In this document: positions 1 to 9,501 of the stretch, piece after piece
Layout: the number at the start of each line of letters is the position of its first letter
Position numbering within the stretch: position 1 is the first letter of the stretch
Notes under the pieces: model-generated
Databases searched by the model: none
What the model was told of the DNA's origin: nothing
Seen by the model: the letters and a program-made list of their open reading frames with translations, nothing else
Position numbers and translations under genes: made by a program
DNA from: an uncultured bacterium
Lineage (GTDB): Bacteria > Fidelibacterota > Marinisomatia > Marinisomatales > UBA1611
Assembly (NCBI GenBank): GCA_943788175.1
Contig: CALSPG010000005.1
Coordinates: 256,001-320,000, forward strand
Direction of reading: 5' to 3'
DNA: 64,000 nucleotides

Positions 1-613
1 AGAACCTGGTTGTATGGGTTGGTATAATTATTTGCCAATTATGGAGTGTTATCATGGAATACTTAGTATGCATCATTCATTATCTGGTAGTCTTTCTTTA
101 AATAATCAGCAAGTAGATTTTAATGATGGCATTGGTTATACAGAAAAAGATTGGGGAAAAAATTTCCCTCAGAGTTGGGTTTGGGTACAAGCGAATCATT
201 TTAGAAAAAATAAAATAAGTTTATCTGCTTCTATAGCTAGAATACCATTACTTGGAACACAATTTGCGGGTTTTATTATTGGCCTGTTAATTGAAGATAA
301 GTTTTATCGATTTACTACATATCATTCTTCAAAGATTAAAAACTTATCATTAAAAGAGGATAAAATAGAATGGGTAGTAAAGCAGAAAGAATTAACTCTT
401 AAAATTTTTATATCACTTGGGAAAAAAACTGGTCTTCTTTTTGCTCCTGATTCAGAAGACATGATTGAAAAAGTTGAAGAGCATTTAGATTCAAAAGTTA
501 GGTTTGTATTAGAAAAAAATAGTAAAATTATTTTTGAAGATGACTCCGATTTTGCAGCAAGTGAAGTGGTTGGTGATATTGAAGCTTTGCTTAAATTGGC
601 TAACGATAACTAA
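1..613 (+). CDS. Tocopherol cyclase family protein (5'-truncated by window edge)
   Basis: Motif GYTEKDWGKNFPQSWVWVQANHF typical of tocopherol cyclase/VTE1-like proteins. The frame is open from base 2 (EPGCMGW...). Confidence 0.8.
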   Translation, partial: EPGCMGWYNYLPIMECYHGILSMHHSLSGSLSLNNQQVDFNDGIGYTEKDWGKNFPQSWVWVQANHFRKNKISLSASIARIPLLGTQFAGFIIGLLIEDKFYRFTTYHSSKIKNLSLKEDKIEWVVKQKELTLKIFISLGKKTGLLFAPDSEDMIEKVEEHLDSKVRFVLEKNSKIIFEDDSDFAASEVVGDIEALLKLANDN

Positions 614-624
614 ATTATAAATAT

Positions 625-1224
625 ATGAATAAAACAGTAATAATTTTTGTTGTAGTAATTTTAGGATTAATTTGCTTCAACATGGTTTGGGGTTTGTCAA
701 ACTCAATGCTAGAGACACCTAAATATAAATTAATTAAAAAATCTGGATCTTTTGAAATAAGGCAGTATGACCCGGTGGTAATTGCGAAAACGCAAGTACA
801 ATCAGCTTATAAAGAAGCTACTTCAACGGGTTTTCGAAGAATCGCAAATTACATTTTTGGCGGGAATGACAAAAATGTTGAAATTGCAATGACTGCCCCA
901 GTAATAACAGATAGCCCAGAAGATGCGAATGGTTCTTATGAGGTTCTATTCATTATGCCTAGTGCTTATGATACAAATAAGTTGCCAAAGCCAAATAGTC
1001 CGAATGTCGAAATTCTCGAAAGAGAATTGGGTCGGGTAGCTTCGATATCTTTCGGAGGCTGGGCAACGAGTGCAAAAATAAAAACTTACCAGCAAAAGCT
1101 TAGCAAGTGGATATCTAATCAACAGTTGCAAACTCTAGGGAACTTTAAGGTTGCTCAGTATAATTCCCCTTGGGCTTTACCGCCATTTAGACATAATGAA
1201 ATTTTGATTAAGATTGTTCAATGA
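625..1224 (+). CDS. SOUL family heme-binding protein
   Basis: ETPKY...FEIRQY, GFRRIANYIFGGN, IAMTAPV and AQYNSPWALPPFRHNEI are SOUL motifs. N-terminal hydrophobic segment. Confidence 0.9.
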   Translation: MNKTVIIFVVVILGLICFNMVWGLSNSMLETPKYKLIKKSGSFEIRQYDPVVIAKTQVQSAYKEATSTGFRRIANYIFGGNDKNVEIAMTAPVITDSPEDANGSYEVLFIMPSAYDTNKLPKPNSPNVEILERELGRVASISFGGWATSAKIKTYQQKLSKWISNQQLQTLGNFKVAQYNSPWALPPFRHNEILIKIVQ

Positions 1225-2051
1225 TTAGAGAACTTTTGAAAGTTGTTGAAGGTGTTGAAACATCTGATGGCGCTGGAGTAAAGCTGAGAAGAATCATTGG
1301 TGGTCCCGAGTTAAATATGTTTGACCCTTTTTTACTTTTTGATGAATTTGGAAGTGACAACCCAGATGATTACATGGCCGGATTCCCCGCTCACCCGCAC
1401 CGCGGATTTGAAACAGTTACCTATATGTTAAATGGTAAATTTAAACATAAAGATTCTTCTGGGAACGAAGGTATCCTAACTGATGGTTCAGTGCAGTGGA
1501 TGACTGCAGGAAGAGGGGTTATACATAGCGAAATGCCTGAAAAAACAGATGGTTTAGCAAGAGGGTTTCAATTATGGTTAAATCTTCCAAAAAATTTAAA
1601 AATGATAGATCCAGCATATAATGATATTCATCCTGACGATATCCCTTGTGTATTAATTAAGCAAGGTGAAGTAAAAGTAATCTCAGGTATTTTTGATGGT
1701 GTTGAGGGTCCTGGTCGGCCTCATACTGGAATGTTTTACTTCGATATAAAACTTAATGCAGGGGGCTTTATCGAGTTTCCGGTAGATGACCTTTGGAATA
1801 CCTTTATTTATGTTTATTCTGGCAGTGCAAATATTGAAAATAGAAGAGTTTATAAAGGTCAGTTAGGTCTTTTTAAAGACAGTGGAATGATTAAATTTAG
1901 CGCCGAAGATTCATCGAATTTACGATGTGTTGTTATCGGCGGTGAGCCTCTCAATGAGCCGGTGGCAAGAGGGGGTCCATTTGTCATGAATACTAAGGCT
2001 GAAATAATGAAAGCATTTAGTGATTATCAAGAAGGAGTATTAACAAAATAA
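1221..2051 (+). CDS. Pirin family protein
   Basis: DPFLLFDEF, GFPAHPHRGFETVTY, WMTAGRGVIHSE, GPFVMN. Confidence 0.95.
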   Translation: MIRELLKVVEGVETSDGAGVKLRRIIGGPELNMFDPFLLFDEFGSDNPDDYMAGFPAHPHRGFETVTYMLNGKFKHKDSSGNEGILTDGSVQWMTAGRGVIHSEMPEKTDGLARGFQLWLNLPKNLKMIDPAYNDIHPDDIPCVLIKQGEVKVISGIFDGVEGPGRPHTGMFYFDIKLNAGGFIEFPVDDLWNTFIYVYSGSANIENRRVYKGQLGLFKDSGMIKFSAEDSSNLRCVVIGGEPLNEPVARGGPFVMNTKAEIMKAFSDYQEGVLTK

Positions 2052-2052
2052 T

Positions 2053-2733
2053 ATGAATAAAATTTATAGATACAGTTATTTGACCTTAGTTACTGCTTCG
2101 TTTTTTGTGCTGCCTAATTGTTCTGGTAAAAAGAAACTGGATGATAGCTATAAGAAACCTATTAATACTCTATCTGAAAACTCTATAAGCTTAGCTTCTG
2201 GACAATACGAATTTGCCAAAACTTCTAGTGAAGTGCTCTGGGAATGTATGTGGCTAGGAGGAGCAAAGCACAATGGCAGTGTTCAGCTTATTGAGGGAGC
2301 TTTGGATATTTCCAAGAGCGGTCAAATAAGCGGTGCTTTTGTTGTTAGTTTAGATTCTATTAAGTGTTTTGATTTAAAAAATAAAGGTACAAATCAAAAA
2401 CTTATCAGTCACCTTAAAAGTGATGATTTTTTTGATGTTGAAAACTATCCAAAAGCGACTATTCAATTATTAAATGCTGAGCCTACAGGCGGTAATAATT
2501 TTAGATTTGAGGGCGACCTTATGATAAAGGGGAAATCTCACCCAATAGTATTTAATGGTCAAGTAATAGATCATCAAACTTATTATGAAGCTAGTTTAGA
2601 TCTGGTTTTTGATAGATCAAAATATGATGTCAGATACCGATCTGCTAGCTTATTTTCTGACCTCGGGGATAGAATAATCGCAGATGATGTCAAATTAAGT
2701 ATAAATGTGAATCTCAATAGATTAGAAAGATAA
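2053..2733 (+). CDS. YceI-like (polyisoprenoid-binding) lipoprotein
   Basis: HLKSDDFFDVENYP, GDLMIKG, DRSKYDV. Lipobox-like LPNC. Confidence 0.85.
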   Translation: MNKIYRYSYLTLVTASFFVLPNCSGKKKLDDSYKKPINTLSENSISLASGQYEFAKTSSEVLWECMWLGGAKHNGSVQLIEGALDISKSGQISGAFVVSLDSIKCFDLKNKGTNQKLISHLKSDDFFDVENYPKATIQLLNAEPTGGNNFRFEGDLMIKGKSHPIVFNGQVIDHQTYYEASLDLVFDRSKYDVRYRSASLFSDLGDRIIADDVKLSINVNLNRLER

Positions 2734-2736
2734 AAG

Positions 2737-3270
2737 GTGATGAATACCAAAATTAAAATAATCATCAATATCGTGGGCTTTTATATTGGGTGGTGGGGTT
2801 GTATTCTTGGGTCTTCAAACGGGTATCCATACATAGGTCCGCTTTTAATGCTTGTCTTTATAATTATTCATGGAAAATATTTTATTGGTAATGCAAAAGA
2901 ATTACAATTAATAGTCATAATGGGGTTAGTTGGTACTCTCGTTGACAGCTGTCTTTTCTTTTCACAATCTTTTGTATATGCGGGAGCTTATTCAGAAAAT
3001 CTATTTATTGCGCCTTTATGGATTACGGCAATGTGGGCAGGTTTTGCCGCTACGGTTAACCATTCAATGACTTTTTTTAAAGGTAAATGGATCCTTATGA
3101 TTGTCGCTGGTGCAATATTTGGGCCAGCAGCCTACTACACAGGCGAAGGCTTTGGCGCCATAACATTTCAATTGTCTCCTTTGTTATCAACTTTAATTAT
3201 TGGTGCTGTTTGGGCTGTTGCTATGCCATTGGTATTTTTTATAAATGAGAAGCTAGGATTAGGTGGTTAA
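2737..3270 (+). CDS. DUF2878-like membrane protein
   Basis: NIVGFYIGWWGC, PLWITAMW, GAIFGPAAY. Usual neighbour of cfa/DUF1365 clusters. Confidence 0.75.
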   Translation: MMNTKIKIIINIVGFYIGWWGCILGSSNGYPYIGPLLMLVFIIIHGKYFIGNAKELQLIVIMGLVGTLVDSCLFFSQSFVYAGAYSENLFIAPLWITAMWAGFAATVNHSMTFFKGKWILMIVAGAIFGPAAYYTGEGFGAITFQLSPLLSTLIIGAVWAVAMPLVFFINEKLGLGG

Positions 3271-3820
3271 TATTTTGAAAAAGTACACACTCACACTGGT
3301 TCTTTCTCTTTTAATTTATTCTAATTGTGAGGGTTTTATGAGCGATAATAAGAAATTTGGAGAATTAGAGACAGTTGACTATGTTGACTTAAAAAGATTT
3401 ATGGGAGATTGGTATGTAATTGCAAATATACCTACCTTCATTGAAAAAGGAGCTGTAAATGCTATTGAGTCGTACAGGCTTGACTCTAAAGGTAGGGTTC
3501 AAACTACTTTTACTTTCAGAAAAGACTCTCTAACTGGTCCTCAAAAAAAGTATAATCCAACAGGCTTCATTTACAATAAAGAAACAAACTCTGAATGGAG
3601 AATGCAGTTCCTATGGCCATTTAAATCACCTTTTTTGATTATTGACCTCGATGAAAAATACAATTACACTGTTATAGGTGTACCGAATAGAAAGTATGTT
3701 TGGATAATGGCGAGAAACCATGTTCTAGATGATAAGGTTTATAATGAAATAATTTCTAAACTTGAAAAAGTTGGTTATGACATCACCCAAATTCAAAAAA
3801 TTGAGCAGAATTGGGACTAG
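3263..3820 (+). CDS. blc: Bacterial lipocalin (Blc-like)
   Basis: VDLKRFMGDWYVIA lipocalin motif, QFLWPFK, YVWIMAR. Confidence 0.9.
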   Translation: MVNILKKYTLTLVLSLLIYSNCEGFMSDNKKFGELETVDYVDLKRFMGDWYVIANIPTFIEKGAVNAIESYRLDSKGRVQTTFTFRKDSLTGPQKKYNPTGFIYNKETNSEWRMQFLWPFKSPFLIIDLDEKYNYTVIGVPNRKYVWIMARNHVLDDKVYNEIISKLEKVGYDITQIQKIEQNWD

Positions 3821-3851
3821 TCTTTTCTATGCCTAAAGTTTAGTCCATTTA

Positions 3852-5099
3852 ATGAAATTAGCAATAATAGGTTCTGGTATCTCTGGATTGACAGCTGGCC
3901 ATTTGTTAAATAGAAAACATGACATATCTATTTTTGAAGCAAATGATTACATCGGTGGACACACACATACGCATAATTTAAAGGTTAGAAATAAAGACTA
4001 TTTAATTGACACTGGGTTTATCGTATATAATGAAAGAACATATCCTAGTTTTATAAATTTATTAGACAAATTGGGTGTCGAACGACAGCTTTCTACGATG
4101 GGCTTTAGCGTGAAGTCTACTAGCGAAGATTATGAATATTCAGGTGAGTCAATAAATAGCCTGTTTGCGAAAAGATCAAATATTTTTCGTTTAAGCTTTT
4201 TAAAGATGCTCTATGAAATGTATAAATTTGGTAAGGAAGCAGATTCAAGTGGTTTAGGCTTAAATGCTTCGACCACTCTAGGTGAATATTTAAAAGAAAA
4301 AAAGTATTCAAAAGAGTTTATTCATTATTTTATTACGCCAATGGGTGCGGCAATCTGGTCAACACCAGCAAACAAAGTACTAGACATGCCTGCATATTTT
4401 TTCATTAAATTTTTTTACAACCATGGCATGCTCGAAATATCTAATCGGCCTAATTGGTGGGTTATAAAAAATGGCTCTTCTCAGTACATAAGTAAAATCA
4501 TTAAAGGCTTTGAAGAAAAAATTTATTTATCATCACCAATCAAAAAGGTTGTAAGAACAGGTGATGGCATTGAATTATTTTTAGTTAAAAATGATAAAAA
4601 ATTAAACTTTGACGCTGTTATTTTTGCTACGCATAGTGACCAAGCTCTTAGTCTATTAGAGTCTCCATCTGATTTAGAAGAGGAAATACTTAAATCATTT
4701 CCTTATCAAAAAAATGAAGTTCTTTTGCATACAGATGCTACGGTTTTACCTAAGAGAAAATTAGCTTGGGCCAGTTGGAACTATCAGCTTGATGCTGATC
4801 CAAGTGCACCAGTAATTTTAACGTATAATATGAATATTCTACAATCAATTCAAAGTGATCAAACTTTTTGCGTGACTCTAAATGACCATGATTCAGTCGA
4901 TCAAAGTAAAGTAATCAAGAAGTTAAGCTATGATCACCCCTTGTTTACGGTGGACGCTGTAGCAGCGCAAAAAAGGAAACATGAAATTAGCGGTATAAAT
5001 AATACTTACTATTGCGGGGCATATTGGAGAAATGGTTTTCATGAAGACGGCGTAGTTAGTGCGTTGGATGTTTGTGAACAGTTCGGGGAAATATTGTGA
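3852..5099 (+). CDS. FAD-dependent oxidoreductase, UfaD-like fatty acyl desaturase
   Basis: GSGISGL Rossmann fold, DTGFIVYNERTYP, AWASWNY, CGAYWRNGFHEDG. Coupled to DUF1365 and cfa genes. Confidence 0.85.
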   Translation: MKLAIIGSGISGLTAGHLLNRKHDISIFEANDYIGGHTHTHNLKVRNKDYLIDTGFIVYNERTYPSFINLLDKLGVERQLSTMGFSVKSTSEDYEYSGESINSLFAKRSNIFRLSFLKMLYEMYKFGKEADSSGLGLNASTTLGEYLKEKKYSKEFIHYFITPMGAAIWSTPANKVLDMPAYFFIKFFYNHGMLEISNRPNWWVIKNGSSQYISKIIKGFEEKIYLSSPIKKVVRTGDGIELFLVKNDKKLNFDAVIFATHSDQALSLLESPSDLEEEILKSFPYQKNEVLLHTDATVLPKRKLAWASWNYQLDADPSAPVILTYNMNILQSIQSDQTFCVTLNDHDSVDQSKVIKKLSYDHPLFTVDAVAAQKRKHEISGINNTYYCGAYWRNGFHEDGVVSALDVCEQFGEIL

Positions 5100-5860
5100 A
5101 TTTATCAACCGAACATTTTCTATATACGGGTATTGTTAAGCATCGTAGATATACCCCATTCAATAGAGAGTTTTCTTATCCTATTTTTATGCTTTATCTT
5201 GATATAAATGATTTAAATAATGTAATGGAAAAATCAATTTTGTGGAATGTTAATAAAGCAGCAATGGTTTCATTTAATAGGAATGATTATCATAATGCAA
5301 AGACAAAATCTCTTGACCAGGCTGTCCGAGATACAGTTCAAAAAAAAGTTGGAGACAGACCTACCGGTAAAATCAGAATGCTGGCCCACCTCCGATATTT
5401 TGGTTATTGTTTTAATCCTGTAACTTTTTATTATTGTTTCAATCTCGAAGATAATAAGGTTGATTTTATTTTAGCGGAGGTTACAAATACACCGTGGGGA
5501 GAGAGGCACTCATACGTCTTAAGTGCTTCAAAAGATTCAAAGGAAAAAATCAAATCAACAATGAAGAAAGAACTTCATGTATCGCCTTTTTGGGACATGG
5601 ACCATCTGTATGACTGGAGTTTTAGCAGTCCGACAGAAAAGCTAGGTGTTTATATGAAAAATTTTAAAGAAGGGGAAAAAGTTTTTGATGCTACGCTTAA
5701 TTTGAAGAGACTTATTTTAAGTAAGAAGAGTTTATTGGTTACGATTTTTAAATTTCCATTTATGACGATAAAAGTCGTCTTTTGGATACATCTTCAAGCT
5801 TTTTTTTTATGGCTTCGTGGCGCAACTTTCTTTATCCATCCAAGCAAAACTAACAACTAA
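5096..5860 (+). CDS. DUF1365 protein (UfaO-like)
   Basis: HRRYTP, RYFGYCFNPVTFYYC, EVTNTPWGERHSY, KELHVSPF. Confidence 0.9.
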   Translation: MNLSTEHFLYTGIVKHRRYTPFNREFSYPIFMLYLDINDLNNVMEKSILWNVNKAAMVSFNRNDYHNAKTKSLDQAVRDTVQKKVGDRPTGKIRMLAHLRYFGYCFNPVTFYYCFNLEDNKVDFILAEVTNTPWGERHSYVLSASKDSKEKIKSTMKKELHVSPFWDMDHLYDWSFSSPTEKLGVYMKNFKEGEKVFDATLNLKRLILSKKSLLVTIFKFPFMTIKVVFWIHLQAFFLWLRGATFFIHPSKTNN

Positions 5861-5878
5861 TTTATAGAGAGATTTTAA

Positions 5879-7150
5879 ATGGCGAAAAAATTTTCAATTG
5901 AACAAGCTGCGTCTAGTACAACAATAAAAAGTAAGCCGAGTATTTTGGCGAAAATTTTTAAAAATTTAATATTATCACAATTTAGAAAAATTAATCATGG
6001 ATGTATTATTTTAAACGAAGGTAATAAAAAGATTATATTTGGTGACCAAGGGTCATCTTTAAAAGCAGAGGTAAATATTTATTCAGATGAATTTTACATT
6101 TTGGCTGGTAGCGGCGGGGACCTTGGAATTGCAGAGGCTTATGCTGCGGGTTACTGGGACGCAGATGATATGGTAAAACTAATTCAAATTGTAATTAAAA
6201 ATCAGGAAGTACAAAAAAGCTTAGAAGGGGGCCTAGCAAAATTAATTAGTCCAATTAATAGGTATATCCATAGGTCTCGTAGAAATACAGTTTCAGGTAG
6301 TAAAGAAAATATTGTAGCGCATTATGATTTAAGCAATGAGTTTTTTCAGACATGGTTAGATAAAAGCATGACTTACTCATGTGCTATTTTTGAACCAGAA
6401 GATTTATCCTTATTTGATGCTTCAAAAGAAAAGTTAGATCGTATTTGCCGCAAATTAGATATCCAAGCTGAAGATCATGTTGTTGAAATAGGAACCGGTT
6501 GGGGTAGCTTTGCTGTACATGCTGCGAAACAATATGGTTGTCGAGTAACAACAACTACGATTTCCAACGAGCAGCACGCTTATGTTTCTAATTTAATTGA
6601 AAAGGAAGGTCTGAGAGATAAAATAACATTGCTAAAAAATGATTACAGAGAGATTAAAGGACAATATGATAAACTTGTTTCTATTGAAATGATTGAGGCA
6701 GTTGGTTATAATTTTATACAGCAATTTTTTCAAACATGTTCAGATTTGCTTAAGCCCAATGGCTTGATGGCAATACAAGGGATTACTTATCACGAGCAGG
6801 GATTTGATAATCATCTTAATTCTGTTGATTTTATCAAAAAATATATTTTCCCGGGTTCAAATCTTATTTCAGTTAATCATGTTCTATCAGTTATTAAAGA
6901 TTTTACTGATCTTTCTTTAGTTCATTTAGAGGATATAACAAAATATTATGCTGAGACTTTAAAATTATGGAGGGAAAAATATAAAAAGGAGATGAGCAAA
7001 ATAAAAAAAATGGGATATAGTGATGAGTTTTTGAGAATGTGGGATTACTATTTTATTTATTGTGAGGCTGGGTTTAGGGAAAGATTTATTGGTGATGTTC
7101 AGCTTGTTATGGCGAAACCAAAAAACAAAAATATTCAAATAAACTATTAA
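5879..7150 (+). CDS. cfa: Cyclopropane-fatty-acyl-phospholipid synthase family methyltransferase (UfaM/Cfa-like)
   Basis: NIVAHYDLSNEFF, MTYSCA, EIGTGWG, SIEMIEAVG, FIKKYIFPG, YCEAGF. Confidence 0.9.
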   Translation: MAKKFSIEQAASSTTIKSKPSILAKIFKNLILSQFRKINHGCIILNEGNKKIIFGDQGSSLKAEVNIYSDEFYILAGSGGDLGIAEAYAAGYWDADDMVKLIQIVIKNQEVQKSLEGGLAKLISPINRYIHRSRRNTVSGSKENIVAHYDLSNEFFQTWLDKSMTYSCAIFEPEDLSLFDASKEKLDRICRKLDIQAEDHVVEIGTGWGSFAVHAAKQYGCRVTTTTISNEQHAYVSNLIEKEGLRDKITLLKNDYREIKGQYDKLVSIEMIEAVGYNFIQQFFQTCSDLLKPNGLMAIQGITYHEQGFDNHLNSVDFIKKYIFPGSNLISVNHVLSVIKDFTDLSLVHLEDITKYYAETLKLWREKYKKEMSKIKKMGYSDEFLRMWDYYFIYCEAGFRERFIGDVQLVMAKPKNKNIQINY

Positions 7151-7157
7151 AAAAACT

Positions 7158-8198
7158 ATGATAAAAAATTTAATTGATTTAGCAGAGAAAGGCATTTTAC
7201 CGGACTTTTTAATTCGTAGCGGAATTAGAAGAATGCAAAAAGAAAGAATTTTATGGTCGAAGTCTAAGACTGTTTCGGAGGTTGAAAAGCATCATCAGAA
7301 TTGGGTTGATGAGATGAAAAAAAGCTCAATTGCTTATGTTCCTGAGAAAGCAAATTCGCAGCATTATGAAGTGCCTCCAGCTTTTTTTGAAAATGCTCTT
7401 GGGGTCCACCTTAAGTACAGTTCTGGTTATTGGCCAGAGGGTATTAGTACGCTTGATGATTCTGAGTTGGCGATGTTAGAGTTAAGCGCTGAACGTGCAG
7501 AAATTTCAAATGGGGATCAAATTCTTGAATTGGGTTGTGGTTGGGGTTCTTTGACTATGTATATGGCAAAAAAATATCCTGACAGCTCAATTACGGCTGT
7601 TAGCAATTCTAGAGATCAAAGAAAATTCATAGAGGCGAAGTGTAAAAAGAGATCTATAAATAATGTAAAAGTAATTACAAAAGACATGAATGACTTCACA
7701 ATTGAAGAAAAATTTGATAAAATTGTTTCAATTGAAATGTTTGAGCACATGAGAAATTATGAGCAATTATTAGATAAGGTTGCTAGCTGGTTAAAACCAG
7801 GTGGAAAATTATTCATTCATATTTTTACACATAAAACATTAGTATATCCTTTCACTGAAGATGGTGAGGGTGATTGGATGGGGAGGAATTTTTTCAGCGG
7901 CGGCATTATGCCATCGCATCAGCTTCTATTATATTTTCAAAATAAATTGAATATTGAAGAGAGCTGGCGTTTTAATGGCTCACATTATGAGCAGACATCA
8001 CTTGCCTGGCTTAAAAAAATGGATAGTAATAAAAAAGAAATTATGAGCATTTTTGAAAATACTTATGGAGCAGGAGATGCTAAAATATGGTTTCAAAGAT
8101 GGAGAATTTTCTTTATGGCTTGCGAAGTCTTATTTGGTTATGATGGTGGCAAAGAATGGGGAGTTTCACATTACAGGTTTGTAAAATCTGGCAAATAG
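7158..8198 (+). CDS. Second CMAS-family SAM-dependent methyltransferase (coclaurine NMT-like clade)
   Basis: ANSQHYEVP, LKYSSGYW, LELGCGWGS, SIEMFEHMRN, RWRIFFMAC. Confidence 0.85.
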   Translation: MIKNLIDLAEKGILPDFLIRSGIRRMQKERILWSKSKTVSEVEKHHQNWVDEMKKSSIAYVPEKANSQHYEVPPAFFENALGVHLKYSSGYWPEGISTLDDSELAMLELSAERAEISNGDQILELGCGWGSLTMYMAKKYPDSSITAVSNSRDQRKFIEAKCKKRSINNVKVITKDMNDFTIEEKFDKIVSIEMFEHMRNYEQLLDKVASWLKPGGKLFIHIFTHKTLVYPFTEDGEGDWMGRNFFSGGIMPSHQLLLYFQNKLNIEESWRFNGSHYEQTSLAWLKKMDSNKKEIMSIFENTYGAGDAKIWFQRWRIFFMACEVLFGYDGGKEWGVSHYRFVKSGK

Positions 8199-8216
8199 CT
8201 TGTATAATTAAATATG
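8179..8216 (+). promoter_or_regulatory. sigma70-like promoter, leaderless architecture, for the desaturase
   Basis: TTGTAA(8179-84)-18 nt-TATAAT(8203-08)-5 nt-ATG(8214). No SD. Confidence 0.55.
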
Positions 8217-8942
8217 ACGATTATAATATTATTTATTTTACATTGGTATTCTTCGCTGTTTTTTCAAACAGTGTTCTTGCACCGTTATGCTTCCCATCAA
8301 ATGTTTACTATGTCAAAAACATGGGAGCGAATATTTTTTTTCTGTACGTTTTTAACGCAAGGTTCCTCTTTTCTTAATCCTAGAGCTTATGCAATACTCC
8401 ATAGGCTTCACCATAAATATAGTGACACAAAAAATGATCCGCATTCCCCTATATTTTCAAAAAATATTATAAAACTAAATCTTAATACCATAAAGCACTA
8501 TGAGTCCGTAAGACTCAATAAAAAAGACTATTCAAAATATGACACTGATGTTCCGAGGTGGCCATCTTTAGAAAAGATATCTGACCACTGGATAACAAGA
8601 TTATCTTTTGTAGTTTTTTACAGTCTAATCTATTTAAAGTTTACCACTGCAAATTGGCAGTATGCTCTGCTACCTATTCATTTTATCATGGGGCCTCTTC
8701 ATGGTTCTATAGTCAATTGGTGTGGGCACCGATACGGGTATACAAATGATAAAAAAACAAAAGACAATTCAAAAAATACACTACCTGTCGATTTTTTAAT
8801 GATGGGTGAACTTTTTCAAAATAATCACCACAGTAATCCATCTAAAATGAAATTTTCGCGACGATGGTTTGAGTTAGATCCCGGATACATTGCTGCGAAG
8901 ATACTTTCAAAAATAAATATACTCAGAATAAAAAACGCTTAA
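8214..8942 (+). CDS. Delta-9-type membrane fatty acid desaturase
   Basis: His boxes HRYASH, HRLHH, QNNHH. DPHSP, NWCGH. Confidence 0.9.
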   Translation: MTIIILFILHWYSSLFFQTVFLHRYASHQMFTMSKTWERIFFFCTFLTQGSSFLNPRAYAILHRLHHKYSDTKNDPHSPIFSKNIIKLNLNTIKHYESVRLNKKDYSKYDTDVPRWPSLEKISDHWITRLSFVVFYSLIYLKFTTANWQYALLPIHFIMGPLHGSIVNWCGHRYGYTNDKKTKDNSKNTLPVDFLMMGELFQNNHHSNPSKMKFSRRWFELDPGYIAAKILSKINILRIKNA

Positions 8943-8995
8943 AACGCTCAAAAGTACTTGACATTTACCATTTAGGCTAAATAATATATGCCATG
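8931..8995 (+). promoter_or_regulatory. Direct-repeat operator plus sigma70 promoter (site 1)
   Basis: AAAACGCTT AAAACGCTC (8932-8949), 8 nt, TTGACA(8958-63)-18 nt-TAATAT(8982-87)-5 nt-ATG(8993). Confidence 0.75.
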
Positions 8996-9247
8996 GCAAA
9001 TAACGTTCAAAGTATTGAAAACAACATAACGGTTAAAAAGTATGGTAGTCATGTTAAGATTAGCATGGGAGCTACATATTGTATCATTTCTTGTTCAATT
9101 CATAAGATATCTGAATTCGTCAAAGTTGTAGATAACATGTTCTTAGACGGATGGGATGCTACTTCTGGAATTACATCAGAAGACGGTATGGTGTTTCAAT
9201 CGATGACAAAAATGTCAATAAATAATAACCAATCAAACAGTAATTAA
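8993..9247 (+). CDS. Small hypothetical protein, C-terminal half DUF1737-like
   Basis: FVKVVDNMFLDGWDATSGITSEDGMVFQSMTK resembles the DUF1737 pattern. First gene after the promoter. Confidence 0.55.
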   Translation: MANNVQSIENNITVKKYGSHVKISMGATYCIISCSIHKISEFVKVVDNMFLDGWDATSGITSEDGMVFQSMTKMSINNNQSNSN

Positions 9248-9258
9248 GGAGTTTTGTT

Positions 9259-9501
9259 ATGACAATATTACAAGCTGTCGCTGCTGGGTTAGAAAACACA
9301 GAAAAGCGCAAAGAGCCAAAGAAAAAAGCAGATAGGTATTTTCTAGACGGAAAAGTTGCCGACAGAGAGTTAAAAGCTTGCAACCTATGTAAAATCGTAT
9401 GGCAAAAGCACGTTTTCAATGGTAAAACAACAATCAAGTATTATGATGAAGTTCCAAGATATGGAAAATCTCAGCAAATATGCCCAAGTTGTAGTCAATA
9501 A
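9259..9501 (+). CDS. Small putative zinc-ribbon protein
   Basis: SD TAAGGAG. CNLC...CPSC cysteine pairs. Confidence 0.65.
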   Translation: MTILQAVAAGLENTEKRKEPKKKADRYFLDGKVADRELKACNLCKIVWQKHVFNGKTTIKYYDEVPRYGKSQQICPSCSQ

